Shown here one piece after another: positions 1 through 12,003 of a DNA stretch of 64,000 nucleotides. The stretch comes from Diplonema japonicum. Its lineage: Eukaryota > Protista > Euglenozoa: Diplonemea. A program made the translations under genes and the position numbers. Every line of letters starts with the position of its first letter. Position 1 is the first letter of the stretch. Under the pieces are notes generated by a model that was given only the letters and a program-made list of their open reading frames with translations, did not search any database and was not told the origin of the DNA. The stretch is taken from assembly GCA_964019335.1 (NCBI GenBank), contig OZ025704.1:124001-188000 (forward strand), in the 5' to 3' direction.

Positions 1-3000
1 TCCTACGCCGAGGAGTGCCCCGGGAAACTGTCCGCGACAGTGTTCTGCAATGCGAACGGTGACTGTGATTTCGATACAGGTACATGCATCTGCAGGGCCA
101 ACCTTGCAGATGGTTTCTGGAACGGTACTGCTTGCGAAGACTGTTCATTCGGGTACTGGGGCCACCATTGTCTTGACTCATGTGTGGGCGGGTCCTGCAA
201 CCCATGCAGTGGCCATGGGACATGCGACATGGGTGTGCTGGGAAGTGGAAACTGTACTTGCCATGCGGATGCTGTCCTAGGGCACTGGCAAGGTGAGCTG
301 TGCAGCCAATGCGTGAACGGGTTTTTCGGTAAAGACTGTTCCCAAAGCTGTCCTGGAGTGAATGATACCTGCTCAGGCCACGGGCGCTGCTTTGGAGGAA
401 GATTCGGGTCTGGCACCTGTGAATGTGACTCAGGGTGGGGGCCGGGCTTCTTCTCTGGAATCGATTGCTCAGACTGCTTGGACGGTGTGTGGGGCCTGGA
501 ATGCCGCGCCCCTTGCCCGGGGGGTATTAGCAACCCTTGTGGTGGACTCCGTGGGACCTGCCACTCAGGCCGTCAAGGTAATGGCACATGTAACTGCCTT
601 ACTGGTTATTATTCGCTAGATTGCACGGAAGAGTGCCCTGGGGGCAGTCAAAACCCGTGCAGCGGTAATGGGATGTGTTTCTATGACGAGGAGATGGGAC
701 GATCTCTGTGCGTCTGCGACAATGGGTTTGCCGGACCAAAGTGCGACCTCGTGTGCGCAGGGGCCCCTGAAGGGCCGTTCTGCTCTGGCCACGGGGCGTG
801 TGATGTTGGATCAGCAGGTACTGCCACTTGTGGCTGCTCAGGCAACTGGGGACCTGTCAATTTGTTCGACACGGCAACGCTCACGCTGCGCAACAACCCC
901 AACCCGCTGCTGTGTGACCAGTGCAACCCTGGTTTCTTCGGAGACAACTGTCAGATCGAGTGCCCCGGAGGGCTTAACAACACGTGCTCGCTGCACGGTT
1001 ACTGCAACACCACATCAGGAAGCTGCGTGTGCAATGAGCGGTTTGCAGGAGTGAACTGCCACATACCCTGCGATGGGTTGGGTGGTGCCATCTGCTCAGG
1101 GCACGGCAGCTGCTACTCTGGTGTTGATGGAGATGGTTCGTGCACGTGCTATGCTAGTGCAAGCCAGGGCTACTGGACAGGCGCACATTGCTCTGAGTGT
1201 CTGTATGGGTACTATGACTCAACGTGTGCGGAAGAGTGTCCTGGGGGTGGTTCCAACCCTTGCTCGGGGCATGGATCCTGCTTGGGTTCTGTGTCAACAA
1301 CAACAGCAAACTGTTTTTGCACGGGCGACTGGTACGGTGGAGACTGTAACTGTGCGTTGAACACCACAAGCCTGACTAATGCCGAGATAGCCTCTTATGA
1401 CATTGCCTACCAGTACCACGTGCGGAACTGCACCTCTACACAGTGCACAAACAACAACACTGGCACCATCCACATGGGTGTATGGGGGTTTGCATGCGAC
1501 AAAGAATGCCGCGGAGGTGCTGCCACACCCTGTTCGGACCATGGAGTCTGCTCATATGGCCGTGGCGGTTCAGGTGAGTGTCAGTGCAACCAAGGATGGA
1601 GCGGCTGGTCGTGTGAGTACTTATGCCCTGGTGGGGAGGCCAACCCTTGCAACGTACTGACAGGGAATGGGTACTGCCCTGGCGGTCTTGATGGATTGAA
1701 CGGAACATGTATATGCAATCCAGGATTTGCCTCAACCGACTGCAGTATAGAATGCCCTAGTGGGTATCGCAACCCGTGCAGCCTGCACGGCACGTGTGAC
1801 GATGGTGTGGCTGGGTTAGGGATTTGCAACTGCTACCCTGGCTATGCGACCTACGACTGCAGTGTTCCCTGTCCGGGGGTCATCAATAGCACCATTGTGT
1901 GCTCCGGGAATGGGTTCTGCAGGGATGGACGCTTGGGGAACGGTGCATGTGAGTGCGACGGAAACTTCAATGGGACAAATTGCGAGGACTGCCTCCCGCT
2001 GTATGCAGGGCCGCAGTGCTCGAAGCAGTGCCAGCCCATTGGGGATCCCTGCAACGGGCACGGGCGGTGCAACGATGGTATCAACAACGACGGGTCGTGC
2101 ACCTGTGACCCGGGGTACGGGGGCGAGCTGTGCTCATTGGAGTGCCCAACCTTTGATAACCAAATCTGCGGAGGGAGCGGGAAATGTAACGTGACGTTTG
2201 GCGTGTGCGACTGCGAGCAGTACTACTACGGCGATGCGTGCGAGACAAACTGTAACGAGGCAGTGACGTGTTTATCCCTCCTAGACCCCGTACTGCTTAT
2301 CAACGATCCGACAAACATCTACCCAGCAGCATGGAAGCCTGTCCTCTGCAACTCAACTGGCATCTGCAATTGCTACCAAGAAGGTGGTCAACGAGGCTTC
2401 TGGGATGGGACTTATTGCTCTTCATGCATGTATGGGTACAGGGGGTTCCTCTGCAACCGAGAATGTGAATGCTCCGACCACGGTTCCTGTGACCGATACT
2501 CAGGGAAGTGCTTTTGCGACGCATCGCTCTCACGCGGGTACTGGGACGGCAGCACTTGCAACAAGTGCCTCACAGGATGGATCGGTGCAGACTGCACGGA
2601 GCCAAATGTGTTCCTTAGTCGCGTCGGGAATATCGAAGCAGGCTCCGTGGGGAAGAAGCAGAAGTCATCCGGCACAGGGATCTCCCTGTTCGACTCTGCA
2701 ACGCAGTGGGTGTGGGGCGGCTCGTGGCCTATCACGCGATTCAGGCAGCCCGACCCTACTCTCGCACCTGAAGAGGAGGAACTCGACCTCGGAGGTGCAG
2801 CAACAGCTGCCTTCTTCTTGGGCAACTGGGCTATCATCGCTGTCAGGGTTCTGTTCCCATACGGAACCCCCACGGGGACATGTTACTTAGGAGGGGTAGA
2901 GGTCAGTGCCTTCGCTCCAGCACGTGTAGCAAGCAAGACAGCATGTCTGGGGAGCCCGACAGCCGCCGAGGTGCAGGCAGGCGGTCTGACGTGGGTTGAA

Positions 3001-6000
3001 GGGGAGAGACAAGCCGATCGCATTATGAGGGTGCACAAAGATACCTTTGCACTTGATACTAGTTACTTGTATCTGTCGTGTAACTACTGTGTCACGAACC
3101 TTGTGACTTTCGACACCACAAACGATGTGGCTTATTGGTATCTGAACCCAGGTGTGATCCCTGAGGACAAAAAGGTGGAGGTGACGTCTGTGTCTGCTGT
3201 GACCGGAGTGGGCTCACTAGCCACGGTGTTGCTGACAGGTGCTACAGGAAAGGTTTCGGCGATACAGCTAGCCACAGGTGCTGTGGATGTTCAGGCGACA
3301 ACTGCAGATGGAAGCTCTGCTGTTTTCACGATGCAGCGCTACACAGCAGCAGCGAGGAAGGCGAAAGTGCTAGAGAGGACTGCAGCCGTCCTTGCCACTA
3401 CCACCAACTGGGTGCTAGAGGCAATCCCACTTTGCAAACAGGTCATCTGCAACATCGGTGGCTCAGTCTCTTCGAACGGTTACACGTACTATGGCATCGA
3501 GCACCCGCTCTCTGCCAGCTCCCGCATCTTGCTCGTCAAAGCGGACTCAGCCACACAAACAGTCATATTTGCTGTCGTCCCGTACACAGAGATAGGGGTT
3601 GAGCATCTTGTGGTGGATCCAGAGTCGAACTTGGGGTTCATAGCAATCAACAACAGGGCTAGCCCCACGGACACTGCCACTGCTGCCGGTGTGATCTTCA
3701 AGTGGTCGATGGTCTCGCTGGCGATCAAGGGGCGCATCGGCTTGAACAAAATCGGGACCAACCTGGAGACTGTACTGGGCTTTTCAATCAACAATATCGA
3801 GCGTGTGCTGTATGTGTCGATCGATCTGCCGCAGCTACGTATCATGCAGATCACGCTGTACTCCATCATAGAACTCAAGCCGCCGTATGCAGACCTACGA
3901 GGAGGCACACCCATCATCGTGGTGGGGGAGGGGTTCACCACTTCGGCAAATGGAACTCTCTGTAAGTTCGGAACTACTATTTACGTAGGAACCTTCATTG
4001 ACAGCACGCAGATTCGGTGCATTGCACCTGGAGCAGTGACCTCAAGCGGTTGTGCGGGGCAGACACTGGAGGTCTCTGTTGCTCTGAATCGCTTCACCGA
4101 CAACCAGCAGTCTCTCGGGTACTCCAACACGCCTATCATCGACTCTGTGTCCCCCACTTCAGGGTCTTACGATAAGGAGATCCTTATCACGGTGAAGGGC
4201 TTTGGTTTCCAAGACTCTAAAGAGTTCCTGAAGTGCAAGTTTGGTCCGAAACATGATGCGTTAAACACACATACGCACATTAGCCAGGGGACCTTCATCG
4301 AAGCACGCACGGTACTGTGCAAGCAGAATCTTATGCCAGGGCCCAGCCCGCTGATGTCATACTTGGAAGTCAGCGTCGACGGTCAGTACTTCAGCAGCAG
4401 CAGTGTGGAGTATTCTACCTTAGGCAAGGCAGCCATGTTCCACGGGTACTTCGTGTCGCAGATATCACAAGTCAATGATGTAGTGAAGTCCGCAGAGGTG
4501 ACGATGCTGTCGTCTGTAGAGGGGATGAGGAAGGACGAGGTAGGGCACTTCGTCCCGTCAGATGTAGGTTTCTTGGGCGCCACTGCAACCCTCACGCTGC
4601 TGAGCCCGCAGAAGACAGACGTCACACACTTGCTGATAGGTAACACAACGCAGCTGATGCAAGACGGAAGCGTGAAGTTTGAACAGCTTCATTTGTTGCG
4701 GCCGAAGAGCGGGAGCTATCAGCTGCTGGTGACGCACAGTCTGCAAGGATTTTCGCTCACGTCGGAGCGCATCGTCACGCTGGCGGTGAGCATCATGCAA
4801 GGCGACCCTGTTAAACTGCTGTGGGTGAGCGACGACCCGCTGCCGGAACGCACCACCACGCAAGGCATGCTTCCCAACGTGCTGACTGTGAAGCTCATCG
4901 ATATCTCGGGGAACCCTGTGTACCTTGAGAACACACAGGTACACATCGTTGTTGCGCCTGAAATCGCACTTTCAGGAAACATCAAGGATCTCAGCGAGCA
5001 AGCTGTTGCAGCATTTGCCCGTCTGCTGATCCCTGGGTACCACAATGTGACGTACGACATGTCGGTGGGGATCCCGATCCTGCCGCACATCACACCGCTC
5101 GGGTTCTCGGTGCGGGTAGCGGACTGCGCAAACGACGGGAACAACAAACCGCGATACGGGAAGTACAATGAAACATACGACAGATGCTACGACTGCCCTG
5201 CAGGAGGGTCCTGCTTTGGGAACATATCGGTGCACGCCATGCAAGGGTTCTGGAGGCGGGATCCCGATCTATACGAGTTCCACAAATGCCAACACACCGC
5301 AGCATGCGAAGGCGGAATGGAATCAATATGCAAGCAAGGATACACAGGCCCTGTATGCGGGGTTTGCGAGCAAGGGTACGGAAAGGACCGAAGCCAATGT
5401 CTGGAGTGTCCTTCGAATGGGACATCTGCCACTTTGGTAGGAGCGTACTTCCTGGCGGTGGCTGTGATCTTTGCGTGTTTGATACGAGCTGCTTTGGAAG
5501 ACAACGAGTTGTTCTCGAAGATCGCAGCCGACAGGAGGTACATCTCACCTGTTCTGAAGCTGCTTTTGAACGCGTTGCAAATGTTGACGCTCGCTGTGGA
5601 GTTCAAGCTGGAGTGGCCCACGTTGGTGGGGAAGGCATTCGACATCAGCGAGGCGGTGTCGTCTGTGAACCTCAACATGAGGACCTTCAGCTGCTTGTTC
5701 ACAAGCAACCTCCTCAAGCAGTACATAGGATACATCATGCTCCCTGTTATCGTGTTCGCCATGACAGTCTTGCTGTGGGGCTCCCAGATATTGTGGCGAA
5801 GCCTCCGTCGCATCCCAACAGGCCCGCTCATTGAAAAGCTCGTCACCGTGAACGTTGTAATGATATACATCGTCTTGCCCACATTGATGAAGCAGACCGC
5901 GCACGTGTTTATGTGTGAGGATTACAGCGGGCTAAGCGTTTTGCTGAAGGATCCGGGGATTGAGTGCAATTCACCGACTCACAAGAAATATCGGTTGCTG

Positions 6001-7443
6001 GCAATGGCGGCTGCGTTGCTGTACGGGGTGATGCTGCCCTTTGGGTATCTGCTTATCACGCTGTGGTTTAAGATCTCAGGTCGATTTGGTGAACGCTTGC
6101 TCACGAACACATTAGGGTTTCTGTTCAGAGGGTACAAGACCGACAAATGGTTTTGGGAGCTTGTCATTCATCTAAGAAAGTGCTTCATCATCGCTATTAT
6201 AATAACATTTGAGAACGACCCGCTCATGCAGACGTATGTTGCACTGTTGCTCATCGCGATCAGTTTGCTGCTGAACCTGTTCTTCGAACCTTACATCTCG
6301 AAGTTCATCGAGAGGCTGGAAAACTTCGCCCTCGCCTCCGCCTTCGCGACGATCAACATCGGGTTGATGTTCAACCACATCAACAACGCAGTGTGGGAGG
6401 CCCTGCTGTCGATCTTCCTGTTCGTGATGAACGCATTGCTTTTAATATCGTTCATGTCCGTCTTTGCGAAGAAGCTTCGCGACATGATATATGTGAAGTT
6501 TGACAAGGACGGCGACGGGAGTATCACGACAAAGGAGGTGGTCGAGGTTCTTCTCGAAAAATGGTTGACAATCTTCGCGAAGAAAAAAGAACGTCCCCAC
6601 CCTAGGAAGCGGGCTCGAAGCGTGCGGGAAACGGTCGGGAAGGAAGAACCGATACCACACTTTACCCCGAGCACTAATAAGTCAGCACTGTTGCAAGCTC
6701 ACAACCCAGAGGTTGAGAAACCATCTGCAGAAGAAGCTGTGCCGCAACTGTGCGACACGACACCTGATGACCAACACTGGCCGAGCCCTTGTGTACCAGT
6801 TGTTCCAAACCCGTTTGTCGGTACTGCGAATCCTGTTCGCTCGGCTCCCGTTGTTGAAATGACAGAACACCACCACCACCATGACAACATAAGTGCAGCT
6901 ACTTCAACAGATCTTACAGACGATCGGCAAAGCGGAAGTGTGACACATGAGACTTTCAGTGCAAACGTCACCCCGGTCGAAGAACCGCTTCAACATCATT
7001 CCATGAATCAAGATGATATCGATGGGATTGTTGCGGAGGCACGGGCGAAACTTGCGAAGCTTAAGGGTGGTGTCGGGCTTGCAATCGCCGACTTCACTAC
7101 ATTCGATGTCCCCAATATGGTCAAGGTCGTGCGGGTCAAGCCGCACGGTCCTGCTTCTAAGTCGGGACTTCGCACCAATGATAGAATCCTCACCCTCAAC
7201 GGGGAGGAGGTTGATATGAAGAGAACCTTTTTAATGCTTGCTTCCGACAGCGATCCAGGTGATGTGCTGGACCTTACTGTGTTACGTGGGAACGACACGC
7301 TTGTCATCCATCTTACAGTGGGCTGTCAGGTCACCCGTGAACAGTACGAGCTTTTGACTCGTGTGTCTGAGGGTGTTGTTCATTATTTAGATTTGTCTCG
7401 TGTGAAGGAGATAATCATTCGTGAGTGTGTCCATGCTTGGTAA
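1..7443 (+). CDS. 5'-partial giant cell-surface receptor-like protein: many EGF/laminin-EGF repeats, two IPT/TIG domains, Cys-rich juxtamembrane region, ~7-8 TM helices, EF-hand, C-terminal PDZ
   Basis: Frame open from base 1 to TAA at 7443. Repeated CPGG..NPCSGHG.C...C.C...W.G..C motifs; IPT motifs (GGTPIIVVGEGF...CKFG; PIIDSVSPTSG); hydrophobic segments from ~5430 to 6470; DKDGDGSITTKEV EF-hand loop; VKPHGPASKSGLRTNDRILTLNG PDZ motif. Confidence 0.93.
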   Translation, partial: SYAEECPGKLSATVFCNANGDCDFDTGTCICRANLADGFWNGTACEDCSFGYWGHHCLDSCVGGSCNPCSGHGTCDMGVLGSGNCTCHADAVLGHWQGELCSQCVNGFFGKDCSQSCPGVNDTCSGHGRCFGGRFGSGTCECDSGWGPGFFSGIDCSDCLDGVWGLECRAPCPGGISNPCGGLRGTCHSGRQGNGTCNCLTGYYSLDCTEECPGGSQNPCSGNGMCFYDEEMGRSLCVCDNGFAGPKCDLVCAGAPEGPFCSGHGACDVGSAGTATCGCSGNWGPVNLFDTATLTLRNNPNPLLCDQCNPGFFGDNCQIECPGGLNNTCSLHGYCNTTSGSCVCNERFAGVNCHIPCDGLGGAICSGHGSCYSGVDGDGSCTCYASASQGYWTGAHCSECLYGYYDSTCAEECPGGGSNPCSGHGSCLGSVSTTTANCFCTGDWYGGDCNCALNTTSLTNAEIASYDIAYQYHVRNCTSTQCTNNNTGTIHMGVWGFACDKECRGGAATPCSDHGVCSYGRGGSGECQCNQGWSGWSCEYLCPGGEANPCNVLTGNGYCPGGLDGLNGTCICNPGFASTDCSIECPSGYRNPCSLHGTCDDGVAGLGICNCYPGYATYDCSVPCPGVINSTIVCSGNGFCRDGRLGNGACECDGNFNGTNCEDCLPLYAGPQCSKQCQPIGDPCNGHGRCNDGINNDGSCTCDPGYGGELCSLECPTFDNQICGGSGKCNVTFGVCDCEQYYYGDACETNCNEAVTCLSLLDPVLLINDPTNIYPAAWKPVLCNSTGICNCYQEGGQRGFWDGTYCSSCMYGYRGFLCNRECECSDHGSCDRYSGKCFCDASLSRGYWDGSTCNKCLTGWIGADCTEPNVFLSRVGNIEAGSVGKKQKSSGTGISLFDSATQWVWGGSWPITRFRQPDPTLAPEEEELDLGGAATAAFFLGNWAIIAVRVLFPYGTPTGTCYLGGVEVSAFAPARVASKTACLGSPTAAEVQAGGLTWVEGERQADRIMRVHKDTFALDTSYLYLSCNYCVTNLVTFDTTNDVAYWYLNPGVIPEDKKVEVTSVSAVTGVGSLATVLLTGATGKVSAIQLATGAVDVQATTADGSSAVFTMQRYTAAARKAKVLERTAAVLATTTNWVLEAIPLCKQVICNIGGSVSSNGYTYYGIEHPLSASSRILLVKADSATQTVIFAVVPYTEIGVEHLVVDPESNLGFIAINNRASPTDTATAAGVIFKWSMVSLAIKGRIGLNKIGTNLETVLGFSINNIERVLYVSIDLPQLRIMQITLYSIIELKPPYADLRGGTPIIVVGEGFTTSANGTLCKFGTTIYVGTFIDSTQIRCIAPGAVTSSGCAGQTLEVSVALNRFTDNQQSLGYSNTPIIDSVSPTSGSYDKEILITVKGFGFQDSKEFLKCKFGPKHDALNTHTHISQGTFIEARTVLCKQNLMPGPSPLMSYLEVSVDGQYFSSSSVEYSTLGKAAMFHGYFVSQISQVNDVVKSAEVTMLSSVEGMRKDEVGHFVPSDVGFLGATATLTLLSPQKTDVTHLLIGNTTQLMQDGSVKFEQLHLLRPKSGSYQLLVTHSLQGFSLTSERIVTLAVSIMQGDPVKLLWVSDDPLPERTTTQGMLPNVLTVKLIDISGNPVYLENTQVHIVVAPEIALSGNIKDLSEQAVAAFARLLIPGYHNVTYDMSVGIPILPHITPLGFSVRVADCANDGNNKPRYGKYNETYDRCYDCPAGGSCFGNISVHAMQGFWRRDPDLYEFHKCQHTAACEGGMESICKQGYTGPVCGVCEQGYGKDRSQCLECPSNGTSATLVGAYFLAVAVIFACLIRAALEDNELFSKIAADRRYISPVLKLLLNALQMLTLAVEFKLEWPTLVGKAFDISEAVSSVNLNMRTFSCLFTSNLLKQYIGYIMLPVIVFAMTVLLWGSQILWRSLRRIPTGPLIEKLVTVNVVMIYIVLPTLMKQTAHVFMCEDYSGLSVLLKDPGIECNSPTHKKYRLLAMAAALLYGVMLPFGYLLITLWFKISGRFGERLLTNTLGFLFRGYKTDKWFWELVIHLRKCFIIAIIITFENDPLMQTYVALLLIAISLLLNLFFEPYISKFIERLENFALASAFATINIGLMFNHINNAVWEALLSIFLFVMNALLLISFMSVFAKKLRDMIYVKFDKDGDGSITTKEVVEVLLEKWLTIFAKKKERPHPRKRARSVRETVGKEEPIPHFTPSTNKSALLQAHNPEVEKPSAEEAVPQLCDTTPDDQHWPSPCVPVVPNPFVGTANPVRSAPVVEMTEHHHHHDNISAATSTDLTDDRQSGSVTHETFSANVTPVEEPLQHHSMNQDDIDGIVAEARAKLAKLKGGVGLAIADFTTFDVPNMVKVVRVKPHGPASKSGLRTNDRILTLNGEEVDMKRTFLMLASDSDPGDVLDLTVLRGNDTLVIHLTVGCQVTREQYELLTRVSEGVVHYLDLSRVKEIIIRECVHAW

Positions 7444-8365
7444 TTTCTTTTTTTTTTTTTTTTTTTTTGCCTTTTTCCAAAGGTATTCATTTACACATTT
7501 TCTTTTTTTTTTTTTCTTTTTTTTTTTCCATCTCCCGTTTCTTCAAAGGAACAAAAAAGGGGGGGGGGGAAAAGAAAAATCCCGTTCAGTAGTTTCTTCT
7601 TAAAAATATGTCTCAGGAAAAAGAAAAAAAGAAAAAAAAAAACAGTAACAATTCTTATATTTTTTTTTTTATGGTTCTTATTTTTTTTTTAAAAAATATT
7701 TAACGGGTACTGCTCAGTTTCTTGTATGAAAATAATTAAAAAAAAAAAGTGGTAGCATGCAGTATTTTTATCCCCCAGAATTTATATACTGTGTGTGTCA
7801 AAAAAAAAAAAAAAAAAAAAAAAAACAAATGCTAAAAACCGACTCTTTTTGTGAAGAGTCTTATGTTTTCTTTTGTATTTGTTTGCACCGCGACCGATGC
7901 CGATCTTAAAATGGCTAGTTTTTTGTTTTTGTTTTTTTGTCTTTTACAATATTATTGTCGAGACTGAAAGCTACAATCAAGAGAAGTATCAAAAAGTTCT
8001 TTTTAATTTTTTCCCCCCTGCCCTATTCGATTTTTAATTGCTTGCTCTTGCTCTCCCCTGCCTGCTTCCTCTTTAAAAAAAAAAAAGAAATGACCGAAAG
8101 AAAAGAAGAAGAAAAAAAAAAAAAGAAACCATTAGCCTCCCTCTTCACACACAACTTCTTTCTTATATGTTTTAAATGTGTACTCCGTTACCTCTCCTTA
8201 ACATAGGTTTTTCTTCATTTTTTTTTCTTTCTTGCTTATATTGTTTGTTACGTGTAGTCTGTAGAGTTTTTCTCACTCATATAAACATTTTTTTTTTTTT
8301 TTCTGACATAAAAAAACCTCCCCTCAAAAAAAAAACTTTTTTTTTACTTCACAGGAAATGCTAAA

Positions 8366-11263
8366 ATGCGGTTCCTTTGGTGGATCATAGCGGGAACCTT
8401 GTGGTGCTGTGATGGGAGGGCATTGTCAGGCCCAGAGCAATATGAAATAGGGGACAAAGTGCAGTACATGGGTGGGGGAAGGTATCAAGGAAACGTGACG
8501 TGGTCCCCAACAGACCGGCTGATCTTGTTTGCTGTAGGCGAGGTAGAAGAGGTGGACCCCAGCCACCAGTACCCTCTTGTCGTTCTCTTCCCAACCACGT
8601 ACGTCCGTCTGCTTGACACAGACGTCGTCCCCTACCCCTTTCGCATTGCACGCTTGGGTACATGCCACACTGAAAGCAACGGCAACTGCACTGCCATATC
8701 CGGTTTAAACCTCTGTACCTGTGCCTCCGCTTCCCTCCGCATCCCGTATGGCGGCACCCTCACCAGCAAAGAAGTCGCCGGGGGTGGTTATGGGCCTGGA
8801 TGTTACGAGAGCTCCGTATGATTGAAAAGAAAAAGAAAAAAAATAACGTCACGCAGATCACACGCGACGCCTTCTTCAACCCTCATGTGCACCAGACGCA
8901 AAGCGAGCCCACTGCGGCCAGTGAAGGGGTATGGACTCTTATGAGGCATTCCAACTATACAGTCGTCCTTTTTATGTGCTTGCGATCTCCTTTCATGCGC
9001 CGCCGAGCGAGAAGCGGACAGGAACCTTATCACACCCACTCTCACTGTCGTCCCGCAGGACCACGCCCCCAAGGAGTTACCTCCCCCCGTGACGGGCACC
9101 GCAACCCTCGAGGTTGCCCCCAGCGACGCACCTGTTGCCGACAGCACTGCAACAGTATTGCCACCAGTAGGCAGCACAGCGACCCTCTTCGCGCCTGTCA
9201 GCCAGGACGCCGTCGTTTTGTGCACAGATATCAACAATGCCAATATATGCAAGCTGAAAGGGAACTGCACGTGGAACCCTAAGATAGGGTGCAGCACGGA
9301 GTGCACATCGGTACGGACGCTAGACGCCTGCGGCAAGGAGGCCCCGTTGTGCTCATGGGACAGCACCTCAGGACGGTGCTCTGCAGCATGCAACACACGG
9401 GTACATCAAGCAGCATGCACGAACGGCTCCCTGTGCACGTGGGACCCTTCGGAAGGCACCTGTAGTAAGACTTGTGCCTCGTTGAGCCGCGCCGACTGCG
9501 CCAACAGGTCAAATTGTGAAGTCACCACTAGTGGCTGCCGTCTGCGATGCAGCGGCCTGCACCCCGAATCGCTGTGCACGTTCCATTCCGCGTGTGCTTG
9601 GGGTACGAACACCGTCAGCTGCAGCACGAAGTGCAGCACTGTAAACACAGCAGAGTGCAACCTCAGCCCTTCATGCGTGATGGACGCGAAGCTCTGCAGG
9701 GCGGACGACTGCTGGAACGTCACGAACTGCACCGAAGCTACAGACTGCAGGGAAGTCCCAAATGGGTGCAGACCAGACTGCACGGCGGTTGGCAGCGCCA
9801 CAGGGTGCCAAGAAACAGCGTACTGTGAATGGACAGGCAGCACATGCATAGCAAGGTGCTCTGTCTACAATGCCTCACGGTGCACTGCAGAGGGGTGCGT
9901 CTGGGGCTCTTCACGCTGTGTTGCTGCGCACACATCGCCCCCTAGCAGCGACTACAACACGCTGATATATTCGCTTCTCGCAGCTGCCTTGGGCTTGCTA
10001 CTGTTGCTTATCTTGCTTTATTGCTGCTGGAAAAACAGAAATTGCATCCGCAAGAGCCGCGCCAAGAACAAGGAACCTGTTGTTCTGGCACAGTATGCAA
10101 CTGAGGATAGCAAGGTGAAGTTGGTTTCGCGCAAGGACAGGGGCGTGGACAACAGCGAGGAGGGTGTGTCCTTCGATGACAATGGTACCGTGCTGAAGGA
10201 GGTGACGTACCACAAGGGGCAGAGGATCCTCATCGACCAGAGCGGCGAGAAGCGTGACGTGCCAGTGTGTGACGAGGCTAACATCGTCGCCGCCTTGCAG
10301 CAGGCAGAGAAGAACGGTCTCATCTCGTCCTTCACCATCGTCGACGATGCGGAACGCACCGAACCGTCATTGCCGGAAGACGAGCCTGATCACGTGGTGC
10401 GAGGGGGCGTTGCTGGCGATGCACAGGGGGAGATATTCATCCCAGAAATCACGATGGAAGCAACGTCCCACGGGGGTGAGGAACACAGTGGGGGGAGCAC
10501 GAACAAGTCGCACCCGCAGCAACACGGACACGGACACGGAGACCCAATGCACAACATGATGAACATGCAGATGATGATGATGATGCAGAACATGCAGGAG
10601 CGACAGAACTGTCAGCAGTGCAGTGGACACAACCACCACCAAACCGCGTGTGGCTGGGCTCATGCTCATGATCATCCTCATGCTCACTCGCCTGTTGTGT
10701 GCCATCATAAAAACTCGCGGAACCGCTGTGTCCATGAAGACTACAGCAGCAGCGAGGCGTCGACACCTGTGAAGAGGAGGCGGGGCCACAGCCACAGGAG
10801 ACACCGCGATGTCGAGTACGTGACATCCCCCTCAGGGTTCAGAACACCGAAGGCACACCGCAGGTACGTGTCGCACACGGTGCTCAGCGACACGGAGAAG
10901 GAAACAGCGTACCCAAGCAGGGATGAGGAAGTGTGGCGGCTAGCGAGGGAGGTACATGACATCAGAGTGAATCTGGAACACCCTGTGTATGTGGACACAG
11001 CTGTGTCCATGCGCATGGTCCCCCCTAAGGTGCAGGTGGAGGGTATCGAACACGAGGCAGAGCACATCACCAGCACGCCCTTGGCAGGGCCACCGAGCTA
11101 CGTCCCGCCCACCCCGCCGCACCCCATGCAGGGCGGGGAGTGTGAAACACACGGCGATGCCATCCGCCTGTTGAAGAAGGCCACCCTTGACATGCAAACC
11201 ATGCGCAGGGAGACCGAAGCCTGGCGGGGCGACGAGGGCGCCATGGTAGAGGAGAACATGTGA
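8366..11263 (+). CDS. Type I membrane protein (~940 aa) with signal peptide, Cys-rich C.W repeats, one TM helix and His/Met-rich cytoplasmic tail; exons 8366-8815, 8857-8928, 8963-11263
   Basis: GTATG..CAG introns 8816-8856 and 8929-8962 join three ORF-track frames in phase; signal peptide MRFLWWIIAG; TM segment LIYSLLAAALGLLLLLILLYCCW. Confidence 0.85.
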
Positions 11264-11462
11264 TCCTGCTTTACAGCAGTTCAGTTCTACTTGGCAACTT
11301 TAGCATCAGGAAATGAAAAGAAAGATGAAGAAAAAAAAAGAAAAAAAAAACCTCCCTCGTTCATTCTTTTTTTTTTTTTGTTGTTGTCTTCTTTTTTACT
11401 TTGTTTGTTTAAATGAAAAAAAAAAAGAGGAAAAAAAAAAAAAAAAAAAAAAACACAAAAAC

Positions 11463-11972
11463 ATGGGTTGTGAGGGTAGCAAAGAGCGCCCCAGCGGTGC
11501 GGCAAGACCTCAGCCGTATCAGCACCAGTATGACCAGGGGGTGTACAGGCAGCCGCAGGCTCAGCCGCAGCCCACCTACCACCAGCCAGCCCAGCCGCGG
11601 TACGACCACCAGCCAGCGATGAACAACACTTATAACCACCAGCCCGCAATGAACAATACCTATAACAATACCCACAACACCCCTCCTAGTCAGAACCCCT
11701 ACCACAGCACAGCGAACCAAGAGCACCAGGAGGTCGAAATGGCGAGGACGGCCATCGCAAGGGCCAACTCTCTTCCTGTATGTGTGTTTTTTTTTTTCTT
11801 CTTTGTTCTTTTCTATACTGTACTCTTACAGCCCCAGCGCCCCCCTCAGCCTGTCTACGCTGCGGAGCAGCCCATGATGTACGAGACCCCACGGGAAAAC
11901 ATGAACAGGCAGAACACCGCACGCTTGTTGAATCAACAGAAATATGTATGGGGCTTTTAGAAGAGAATAATA

Positions 11973-12003
<31 letters not shown>

